Shown here: piece by piece, positions 14,966 through 26,526 of the stretch | Layout: each line of letters opens with the position of its first letter | Numbering within the stretch: the first letter of the stretch is position 1 | DNA from: Amoeboaphelidium protococcarum X5 | Taxonomy: Eukaryota; Fungi; Aphelidiomycota | Direction of reading: 5' to 3' | Assembly (NCBI GenBank): GCA_023515725.1 | Contig: JALDTO010000158.1 | Span: 372,001 to 436,000, forward strand | Length of the DNA: 64,000 bases | The notes under the pieces: generated by a model | Seen by the model: the letters and a program-made list of their open reading frames with translations, nothing else | Databases searched by the model: none | Told to the model about the DNA's origin: nothing | Translations under genes and position numbers: made by a program

Positions 14966-17900
14966 TCATTGTAAATTCATCAATTCACGTTGCATTTCCA
15001 TCATAGAAGGTCTGTCCTGAGGTAGGGAAGACCATCCGCGTTCGATCAGAGAGCACACTATAGTCAATCTCAGATCTTGATGCCTCAAACTCATAAATTG
15101 GTTAGGGAACTGCGGACGGATTCCACTGAGGGCAGCCTCAATAACTTCTGTGTCACGTCTTGGAGCCCAAGCAGGAGTGCGAGTCACCATCTCATAACCC
15201 ATTATGGAGACAGCGTATACATCCAACTTGAGCTTGTTCTGCGCAGAAGCTTCCTCGTCCAGTTAATTGCTTTAGTTTGTCAGCTTCCTCAATAGTTCAG
15301 GAGCTGCATAATTGACCGATGCTCCCTGCAGCTTGGAGACGTGGAAAGCAGATACCAGCAGGGCCTTGTTAGACACGATCTGAGTAATACCGAAATCAGA
15401 AATCACTGCATGAAATCTCTCAGACTCAGACTCGCGGCCAAGCATTATATTGGCAGGCTTGATGTCAGAGTGAACAAATCCATTCTTGTGCATCTCAGAC
15501 AAGCCTTCAACAATGTCGCAGAAAAGTGGGATCATGAGATCAAAAGACCACTAACTGCTCTTGGACTTTCCATTCAGCACATCTTCGACGCTGCCATATT
15601 CGTAAAACTTCATCACGATCGTATTAGGATTCTAAGAGAAGCCGACCAGTTTAACAAAGAGCTTATTGCTGCTGAAAAAATTGAGCAGTGACACTTCTTG
15701 AATAAACGCCTGCTAATCTTCATCAATCATCTCCGTGGTAGCATTAGGCTGAGGCTTAATAACCTTGACGGCAACTTTGTTGGATCCAGCTCTCTTCATT
15801 GCGTCTGGAGTAAGTAACTAACCGGCGTACACGGTAGCAAAGCCACCTTCACCTAGCACCTTATCAGTGATAAAGTCAAGATTTGGTTGCATCAACAGAA
15901 AGCCAGGGATAGACATTTCTTTCTGATCTGATACCACAGTTCTCATGGTAGTATTTCCGCCATACATTGTCGTACCACCTACTGGTCTTGCAGTAGTATT
16001 ATTGAAAGGGAGAGTGGCTCCAGCCATTTGAGTTGCGGTGTACGTTGTTGACATGTAATTACCAGTGTTCATTGCCCCGACGCGCTTCTTGTAAGCACGA
16101 GCACGTTTACGACGTTAGAAGAACGCTGCAGCACCAACCATTCCAACAACAGCTGCACCTGCAGCACCAGCTGCATAATAGATAGGCGTCATATTGCCAG
16201 CAGCACTCTGCTATCCCAGATTTCCAATATTATTTGTGGTAGATACTGTAGCCTCGATACTAATGCTTTGGCTAATTTAAACCTGAGATCCAACGCCAAA
16301 AGTGATCTACCCATGATCGTTGGTAGAAGTCTTAAGCGCAGCAGTCACGCTAGTTTATGTGCTGGATGTAACCTGAAGATTATTAGACTTTATACTAGCC
16401 AAAACGGTTGAGCTTACATTGTTAGATACTATCTACGACGTAGCATCAATGGAGGACTGAATCTACTCAGTCTAAGAAGCAATAGGTGTCGTGACTGATT
16501 AATCCACCATTGCACTTGAAGACAACCCAGACGCCGATGTTGCAATATCCGTAGAAGATGATCTATACTCTGCGGAGGTTGAAAGCGTCGAAGATACCAT
16601 CGAAGACGCTGACACTAAGGTAGGCTGTAATGCGGTTGAAAGTACAATGAACGTGCTAGGAGTACCAAGACTTGAGACTGAGGATGTCACAGTTTGTGCA
16701 GTAGAGCTATTAACTGATCTAGTAGAGCTTAACACATGCGCGCTTACAGTAGCGCTATTACTGATTGTACTAGTTACCACTTAGAATGTGGCAGAAGTGG
16801 ATAATAATGTACTATTCTAGCTACTCAGAGAAGAGCTTTCACCACCAGGAACACCATATAATGATGTTGTCGTAGTAACTATCAAGCTAGAAGTAGTAGA
16901 AGTTGCAGTAAGAACAACATCACTAGTGGGATCACTTGTAGTAGATAGAGTATCAGTGGACTAAGTTGAGGTGGTTTCGATGCTAATCACAACAGGATCA
17001 GGTACCTTGAATATCTTCAGGGACGCATACGGTGAAGCAGAATTAGTATACCCAACTGCAGCCATTTTAAAATTCATGTTCAATTTACCCAAAAACTATG
17101 AGAATTATTCTCGCGTAACCAGTGATACCTCCTCATTAACTAAGAACACATCTGAATAGAAGGTTACATTGTATAGAGACGTTTATAACATTTAGTCAGT
17201 AAGCGATGACTGCACTGCAAGACACTTGGATTCATCCAATAACATTAAGTTTATAATAGAGGAGCCATACATTGGAAAATAGGACTATTGCCAGTTAAGA
17301 ATCGCCTCTCCAGTGAAGTAGCTCAGCATCGAAACCTTACGTTAATCTTTAACAAAACCGGCCACAACGACAGCTTGTCGACCGAAATCAAAAGATAATG
17401 ATTCAACTTTAGAGTTGTCTCCAAAGCTAGTAAATAACACTGGGCTATTTGAAAGGCTTTTCTCAGCGTACGGCATGTAGAAAAGCGCGTCTCCATTTGC
17501 CGAGCCAAGTACAGCAACCAAATCTCTAGCAGAGGAAATGCTCTGCAACATCTTCAAAGTATAAGTATCAAATATAGATTAGCTAGAAGAATCCAGCACA
17601 CGAGAAGTCTCATAGCTAAACCCATACATACCATACAATCTGTAGACAATTTTACTTTGTGCCTTATCATATAACATTACGCCCAGCATCGATTGAAAAG
17701 GATCCCAATTGGCAGCATAAGTGACCTTATCTAAAGCCAAGCAGTTGGTTGATTATAACTTATTGATTTAATTAAAGACTTAAATCACCAGTTTTCTAGT
17801 TGAACTCAGACTACAGGCAAACTCTTATGTATTGAATACCGCGCCAAACGTCTCATACGTTAAATACATTACACCGCTATGAGCATGAATTTACGGCTTT

Positions 17901-18259
17901 GTATCATCATTAGCTGTACCAAAATACTGAGCTTATGCCTGATTAAATACCCGATTCTTTTCATCAAACTACAGCCTAGTCACTCCAATATCACTTAGTC
18001 CATATGGTTTATTAAGGACTTATAAGAAAGAAGCTTAGAATCCATACGTGGTTTTAGTCTCAGCCTCTTGCATTAACGTGTAATTGCCATTTGATAGGGC
18101 ATTGCTAGTCTATATAACAGATGCCACGTAGAAATCACCGTTAGAATCATCAAAAGCCACAGAGGCATCCGCAAATGAGCCAATGTTATTCAGAGTTAGG
18201 CAGCGTACAGAGTGAATAGCAACCAGCAACGTTGTAATTATCTTTTCAACCTTCTTCAT
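14966..18259 (-). CDS. Receptor-like protein kinase 2, tandem paralog (1097 aa)
   Basis: MKKVEKIITTLLVAIHSVRC; Ser/Thr stalk; TM before RRKR; LGEGGFATVYAG, VAVK, HSDIKPANI, SDFG, NYAAPE. The coding ORF-track fragments share one frame. Confidence 0.9.
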
Positions 18260-19116
18260 ATTATCAAATCTCAGTCACTTTTTAGATAATCTTAATTGAT
18301 GGTAGACTATTATACGAGATAGAGGTCAAAAGTATGTGAGAAGAAGGCTAAAGAGGCAATTCGTACAATTTAGTATAACACCGCTCCCAACGATGTATGC
18401 GTAACTAGCTTCGCAACAACAAGGCTAAAAATAGACTGCTTGATTTCCATTCGAATCAATACATGCAGACCATAGAAGAGTAGTCTTATCTAACTTTATA
18501 AACACTTTAAAGAAGTAATAAAAAGGCAATAACGTGGATAAAATGACATAGTGTAAGTCAAAACGAAATCTGACATCAAGTTGAAACAATCAACGAGACA
18601 TTTGCAATAGGAAAGACGCGTCATCTAACAGCATTAGGTGATACACTTGGCAATGCCTTAGAACGTTCTGAACAAGAAATCAGTACAGGACACTATGAGT
18701 GAAATCAATATAAACGCATTTTACCAAACAAAATACCAATAGAAAAAACGTGAGATAAGACTATAATTCACTCGACTAACTACTGCCAGTCAATCAGAAT
18801 CAAGCAATCAAATCAAATCAATGAAGTTAAACGCCAAATCTGACGAATCATGACGACGAGAGAGAGAAACAGAGACAGACTTTCCCTATTCGGCTTCCTC
18901 TCACTTTAAAACTGCTTTTCAGTCATCGATCTTCCCGTACTGAGAAACGGAAAAAGGCGAGCTGTTCACGACAACGTTGCGTTCACTTTCTGTTTTGAAG
19001 TGTCATTTCGTATTATCTTTACTGTACGGTACTGTAGAATAAAATACACTCTTTTACTCTGACTGACTCTTTGATTGACTGATATAAATATTCAATTTAT
19101 CTGATTGATAAGTGAA

Positions 19117-21015
19117 ATGAATTAGTAGAAAAAATAATAATTGTTTAATAATCTCTAGCAAGACGCAAGCATGCTCAAGAATGCCAATGAGTATTAGTAA
19201 ATGATGGACGATGCAGAGGATAGTGTGGTTATGACAGACACTGATAATGATGATGCAAATGGTGATATGGAGATGGGCGATTATCCATCATCAGACATTG
19301 AAGAAGAGGATTATGAGGTTGAAGATTATGGCGACGACGATGATGATGAAGATGATGCAGAGTATGGATTCGATTCCTAATTTAGTGGCGGTGATTATGA
19401 TCCTTTGGAAGATGAAGGTATATCTGACATGATCAATCGGCCTAAAGTGTATCAAGTGGAATATTCTACATTGACAGTTAATGAGTTGGAATCTTAAATG
19501 AAACGGGACATTTCCTAAGTATCAGAGCTGTGTGGTACGAGTTCATCTATCGGAGCTCTCATGTTGCAGATTTATAACTGGAATAAGGAGAAGCTGTTGG
19601 AGCGATGGGTTGAAGATTCTGAGCAGGTTATCGCACAGTGTGGATTGAAGAATATGAATCTCTCTGCCAAGAATCAACTTTGTATCACGTCTAGCTCTAG
19701 GTCCGCTGCATCTTCTCCCATAGGAAGTAGTAAGAAGTAGCGAATTAGTAATAAATGTGCTGATTTGGATTAGGGTTTCATGTGTGAGATTTGCTGTAGA
19801 TCTATGGCAGAGTTGGATGGCATGTCGATTATATCCTTGTCTAGTTGTGGTCATAAGTTTTGTGAAGAAGATTATCGATTCTATGTCGAGGGCAAGATTC
19901 GTGATAATGAATTGAATACTATCACATGCCCAGCTGATTGTAAACTCCGAATTGATCCAGATTCTATACAGCACATAGTTGACAAGGATTCTTATCATTA
20001 GTATCAGAAATTGTTGTTGAAGAATTATGTTGACTCTTCTATGCACTTGAAGTGGTGCCCGTAGCCTGATTGTGAAGGCATTGTTAAGTGTAATCATCAT
20101 TTCACTGCAGATTAAATGCCCCCAGCTGTTGAGTGTCCACTTCATCATGAATTCTGCTTTAATTGCAGCGGTGAGAACCACCAGCCTCTTGTGTGTAGTT
20201 TTATGAAAAAGTGGATGAAGAAGTGTCAGGATGATTCTGAGACTTCCAATTGGCTATCTGCTAATACTAAAGAGTGTCCTAAGTGTCATGCCACGATTGA
20301 GAAGAATGGTGGTTGTAATCATATGACATGTAAAACGTGCAAGTATGAGTACTGCTGGGTATGTATGGGCCCTTGGGCTGAGCATGGGCAGAATTTTTAT
20401 AATTGTAATCGATTTGATGAGAAAGCGTCGGTGGAAGCTCGAGATAAACAGAGCCAGAGCAGAGCCTAATTGGAGAGATATCTTCATTATTTCAATCGAT
20501 TTGCCAATCATGCGCAAAGTAGCAAGTTGGCCACAGAATTTTATCGCAAAACTGAGCGCAAGATGGAGGAAATGCAGCTTAAATCTGATTTCTCGTGGAT
20601 TGATGTGCAGTTTATGAAGAAGGCTTTGGATGTTCTTATCTAGTGCAGATAAACCTTGAAATGGACGTATGCATTTGCTTTCTATCTGACGCGTAATAAT
20701 GCCGCACATCTGTTTGAAGATAATCAGCGTGACTTGGAGGTGGCCGTTGAGACTCTGAATGAGTTGATTGAGAAGCCGCTGCCTCTGCCTGGTTCTGTAT
20801 AGTCTTAATCTACGTAATCAACAAGTACCCAGTCGAATGGTAATAATAATAAAACTGTTTAGGTGAGCGGTGACGAGTCTACCATCAGTGATCGTCTTGC
20901 TGAATTGAGAAAATAAATTGTAGACAAGACTGAGTATTGCAGTAGACGGAGAGAGGTTGTACTTGAAGATTCTGCAAAGGGACTGTCGGAGAAGAGATGG
21001 ACGTACATAATGTGA
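19117..21015 (+). CDS. ARIH1: Ariadne-family RBR E3 ubiquitin ligase (ARIH1/Hel1-like)
   Basis: Acidic N-terminus, RING1, IBR (LKWCP.PDC), RING2 [22 protein letters not shown], Ariadne domain [14 protein letters not shown]. Start may be 19117, 19171 or 19201. Confidence 0.93.
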
Positions 21016-21175
21016 TGATTTGAATAGCAAATTGCTCCTTCATAAAATTTAGCTTTTATTTTGCCTTTATTTGATTCATTAATAGACAATTTTATCGCAT
21101 TTTAGACTAATTAACTACAATCCTTTATTTTACATCAGCATCATTCAAACAACAAATCATGGTAAGGAAATCAGT

Positions 21176-22801
21176 TCAAGCATTTAGAAGTAGGTTTTCG
21201 CGACTCCCTCCAGCGTTACGCAATGATGGCAGATCAGAATTTGAAGCAGCACCTCCACCCTGGTAAAGTTCATTGTGATAAACACGATTCTAGTTGGCAT
21301 ACAGGGGATTGTCTTGCACGGGGGCCATGTTTCCATTCATTTCAAAAACCATACTCTCGGGTCTAACAGTAGCTCTACGACGTGCTATTGCAATACCTGC
21401 TGAAATCGCTGCACAGCCAGCAATGACTCCACCAACTATTCCGCCCACAAACTTATTTCGATCATCATCATTGCTGCCATCATTATCGCCAGGAATTGGC
21501 GTAGGAGTGGGCTTAGAGTCAATACCAGGAATATGAAAGTTTGAAGGTATGATTGCACATCCGGTCAGCTCATGAAGAGTATCATTTATAATTAGCCTAA
21601 ACTACCACAATTTGGCTTCTTGAGACGATGACAGTATCTTGATATCAAATATTCGAAGCTATTCCGCCTAATTCTATTATATATTGTGTTTGAGTATTTG
21701 ACTTTATAATGACAACTCAAGTCCTTAACTATTCAAGTTCTTCAGAGTCTGCAAAACATCAAATCCCATCCAGTATGACTTGTTGGAGTATAAATTCTAC
21801 GCAGGTTCACCAAATTATAATGTGGCCACTGTTCTTGGGTCAGCCGGTCGTTTGTTCATACCCGCCGATAATTGCTACTCTACCCATAATGGATTCTTGG
21901 AATCCAGAGAACTAACAGGACCATCCAGGAATGACGAATCGTCACGCGTCAAATCTGACCGTCCAAAAATCAACAATCGAGCCTTACTCTGCACTACTGT
22001 CTACACTGTTCCATTAAGCTCGGCCTGGAATGAATTAACCAGAGCAAATTTTTGATCATTGTCAATTCTCACAAACTACCTGTATATCACCTACTCGCCA
22101 GTTTATCTCTTCATCTGGTACGGACTAGATGGAACGAAGGCAGACTCTATTGCAAAGCCATCCTTGCAGTGACCGTTCTACTCAGCAATGGCGCAGAAAG
22201 CCACATCCTTCTATTGAGGATACATATTTTGCTCACATCCAGGGAGATCAGAGTCACCATATGTAAACAGAATCACCTTCTTCTTGGCATCTGCGCGCCA
22301 TTCCAACTAGCAGGCTGATCCTTAAATAATTGGGCAATTTTTGACGAGACTCTTCTATAAGGCATCTTCAGGTGCGGATAATACTTGACGCAGACTTTCC
22401 AATGAACTTTCTTAAAACACAGGCTGTAATCTAAGAACATTCAGCACTGATGTGACATCTTCCAATGATGAACTAAATGCAAGCCTCAGTGTATTCATTC
22501 CACCAATTGTCACCACTGCCACACGCGCGTCTATAGCATTGTACTGACGATTTAGAAGCAATCTGGACATCCACAGCAGTTGAGACTTGATTTAATTAAA
22601 ATACTGTTCACCACTAGCACCGGCAAGATCCACTATAAATACCAAATCTAATTTTGCGATTTAATCCACTTTCTAACCAACTGTAGAGTCGCCATCACCC
22701 ACTCCAGTCTCTATAGTCGGACAGCTATACTTTTAGGCTTCCAACACGATAATCAGTTACAGTAACAACAACCACACAATGAATTTGAGATCAATCTTCA
22801 T
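21176..22801 (-). CDS. Integrin-beta/Sib-like type I membrane protein: signal peptide, vWA (beta-I-like) domain, GxxxG TM, NPLY...NELY tail (541 aa)
   Basis: LDLVFIVDLAGAS; ARVAVVTIGG; ESSLESLRQVL...CQLEWRADAKKKVILFTYGDSD; TM FVGGIVGGVIAGCAAISAGIAIA-RRR; tail DNPLYANQNRVYHNELYQG. Confidence 0.75.
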
Positions 22802-22941
22802 TCGCTTTATATCAACTAGCTTCAAAATTAAATGGTGATGAATTAGAAATTATTCTCAATATGATAAAGAAGGATGGTTGGTAATTTAACAAGCAATGTC
22901 TATTTTTAATCTAAAGACTGTTATGGTCAATCTACAAGCGA

Positions 22942-25227
22942 TCAGGATTCAAGTTATCTACCAACAGCAAAACATTGACATTAACAATCACCCACGGGAC
23001 ATACAGAATGTTACTTAAACCATTGGGATAGATGAACTGCGTGTCCACCATGGCGACACTTGGGACACCAAGAGAACCAGTACCGCACCGGATCATCCGA
23101 TATTCCTTCTTCTCCTGAGAGCACCGTATCCAAGGGAAGACCCATTGGTAGAAGACAAATGGAACACTTGGGAAGAGACTTTCTGCAGTTGGGACAAGCA
23201 TTAGGCTTCAAGTTAGGATGACCACTGATATTATGTTATTGATACTAAAACGACCACGGTGAGCTATTGGACAAAGAATCGCTTCCACTGCCGCCACCTA
23301 CACCTGCAGATGACAAACGACTCATCGCACCAGTATTGACGGCAGCATTAAAGCTTTTATGCAGCGGTAGATTAGCACCTGAGAATGATGTCGCAGCACT
23401 TCGCTCCTTATTCCCCACCACACCGATACCGGGCACGAAAATTGACTCTTGGGTAATGCTTTAATTACAGTAATGGCATTTCAAATAGAGCTAAGGCTAA
23501 ATGGAATTTAAGCGTTCAAAAGCCGCCTACACCTACTTCTCTACCGTCATCTCTGGAGAAGCTTTATTCCCTACCGACAATGCACCAGGACTCTTGCCGT
23601 ACTGTAATTGAGTAGAATCTGAACCGCCACCATTAGGACTCCATCGCCGGTATTATCGCTTCCTTTCTAGATCAAATCGACACCTTTGATTAAACATCTC
23701 AAGTCTATTCAAAAACTGCTGATAGTTCTGTATACATTCCTATAAAAATTGAAGCCCCGTCTGGACATCTTGTGCTGTCACTTCTTCTCGAGCATTGAAA
23801 GAGTCTTCATTAAACAACGACAGTAACAGCGCTGCACTTTACAAATCATCAGATCGAGTAAGAAACTTTTAAATAATCTCTACACCGTCTCTTATGATAA
23901 GTCCAGTCACAAGAAGGCCTTCAACTAAACCAAGAGCTTTTGAAACTTATACACAATGTTATAGCAGGAGACTGAGTTGTGAACCATTAAGTGCCATCAA
24001 ACCAATCTACAATACTTCAGTCATACTCAATCCACTCTGACTGCCATTGTTATACTCCACACTAAGCAAGACTTTTAACAGATCGCCATTATTAATCACC
24101 AACTCCAATATAAATCTAATCCATTTCTATTATATTTAATCGGACAACTTTCGTAACAAATCTAAAATCTTGACTTGATTATGATAATTACTAGCTCCAG
24201 CTTTATGATTATTATTCTATTAGAATGATTACATCTACTGAATGCCACTAAATGCAATGAGAATAGCTGTCTAGTCACCCCCTTCACCATTAATCGCTTT
24301 GACGCAATCTATTGCAGCTGATATATCTCCATTGATAAAACAAATGGCTGCAGCTTAAAGACAAGAGTCCTAGGAACCTTGTGCAGTCATTTGGTCAATC
24401 TAATTCATCGCATCTAATCCATGATCCCAACCTATAAGTTATAAAGCCAGTTCCCTATCAGCTTTACTGATGTCTCCGTCACCATCAACTACTACAATCT
24501 AATTGTGGTCGCCTATTAACTAATGCTACTATTATTCACTACCACCAGTAATTCCAAGGCCTTGAATTCTATGCTACTATTATTATTTTTACTATTATTA
24601 CGATTGCTGATAACTTTATAAAGACTGCGATGATGGTATAATAATAGAGTCTGGCATGGCCGAGTTGGTGATCTACGTAAAAGACAGCTGACTGTTAATC
24701 TGAGCTGTATAAGCCATTGCAGCAGTGGATGCTCTGTGCTAACGCTGATGTTATGAGGATTACTACTAAGACTTCTTATTATTATTACCAGCAGAGGAGG
24801 ACTCAGTTGCATTAAAATTACCACCACTTGATCTATTATGCTTCTTCTTTTACTATTAAGCCTCCTCAGTGACTTATTATTATTATTATTAACGCTATGG
24901 TGATTAAGATTGATGATAGAGAAGTGACGGCAACACGGCTATAATTCCGGATCCAAATTAGCATTTCTACTACGCAGCAAGTTATTAAGAGTTCTTGATC
25001 CAATTCCAAACTTGAATTAATCCACCACTCTGCCCACCACCATAAGATTAAAGAATTTCACTATTACTATGAGGATTTAAACAATAGCCAGCATTCGCTC
25101 TCTCAATAATCAGTTAATCCATGGGCGAGTAGGAATTTAGAGATGCGACCTTTAGATGACTGACAACGTCTTAACTAATAGCCACAGCCTCATTATTAGA
25201 TACAAATGCAATTGGGGATCCAGTCAT
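22942..25227 (-). CDS. MIOS: GATOR2/SEACAT subunit Mios/Sea4-like, apparently lacking the N-terminal WD40 domain
   Basis: C-terminal CPNCRKSLPKCSICLLPMG...WFSWCPKCRHGGHAVHLSQWF..HSVCPVGDC.CQC and ERANAGY near the start; Gln/Asn-rich insert. Confidence 0.82.
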
Positions 25228-25469
25228 AATTTTATTCACAGCTCACCACCCGCTATGATAGACGATTATGTCAATCCTAAACAAGGAAAGAAGTGTGCAA
25301 GAGATGATGAATGAGGTCATGCAATAAAACAGAACGGAAATAGCGACGCGCCTCAATGAGTTTCCTAAGTCGCTTTTGATTTCTGCTCTTTAAACTCGAG
25401 TGGTTGAGTTTTAGTGGATAGTACATCGTGTTGTCTTATATTTCACAAAAAGGTTATCGATCACAAGGA

Positions 25470-26456
25470 ATGGCTGTTAATAAGCGAAAATTGGAAACAG
25501 TTGTGGATGCGGTATAGTCAAAGCTGAAGGATATCAAGATTATATGCTTCAATGTTGGCTCTTTAAAGAGTTCACTGGCGAAAGGCTTGTTGGAAAAGGT
25601 GGTCGATCAGGAGATGCCAGATATCATGTGTTTATAGGAGACAAAATGCACATCTTTGGAGGCGGCTTGTGGCAAGGCTGGTGCAGATATTATGAAGCGC
25701 GTCAATACCATATTCGAACATCAATACTACCATTCCATGGCTGATAAGAAGGGATATTCGGGAACAGCGATCTGGTCCAAATTGAAGGCAATGACTGTTA
25801 TTGAAGGATTTCATCATGTTTCTCCGACAGACGATAAAACCGATCCCCGACCTGCAACACTAAATGACAATGAAGCGCGCGTTCTCACTGCCGTGTTTGA
25901 GAGTTTCGTCATCGTTAACGCGTATGTTCCGAACGCGTCGCAAAAGCTGAAACGCATCGATTGGAAGTGTGATGAGTGGCTTCCTGCGTTCAGGCGGCAT
26001 CTTGATTATATCACATCTACTTACAAGGATAAAGCTATTGTATGCACAGGCGATATGAATGTCTGTATGCAAGAGATTGACCTTGCTCGGCCCAAGGAGA
26101 ATTTGAATAAAACTCCAGGTTATACGCAGTAGGAGATTGATGCTTTTCGAGGTGTGATTGGTCTCACTGATATGTGTGAAGACAAAAATGGAAGATGGCT
26201 TGATGTCTGGAGATGGATGCATCCAGAATAGAAATCTTACTCTTATTTTTCATACAGATTTAATGCGAATGCGAAGAATATTGGCTGGAGATTGGATTAC
26301 TTTCTCGTTCCAATCAGTCAAGTCTCCACTGTTGAAGATGGGCGGATTTCGATGAATGGTGGATAGGCTGACATCTCAAAGTGTGTCATTCGGGATGACT
26401 TATGGGGCATCAGTGATCATTGTCCTTTATCGCTCACGTTATCATTCAAGATTTGA
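25470..26456 (+). CDS. AP endonuclease / exodeoxyribonuclease III (APE1-like)
   Basis: FNV, PDIMCLQ(TAG)ETK, KKGYSGTAIWSK, NAYVPNA, CTGDMNV, GWRLDYF, SDHCP. Confidence 0.93.
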
Positions 26457-26526
26457 AATTGCTAATAAATATGCATTACGATTAGTTTTTAATTTAAAGC
26501 TCACAATTTTTCATTCATTCATTCAT

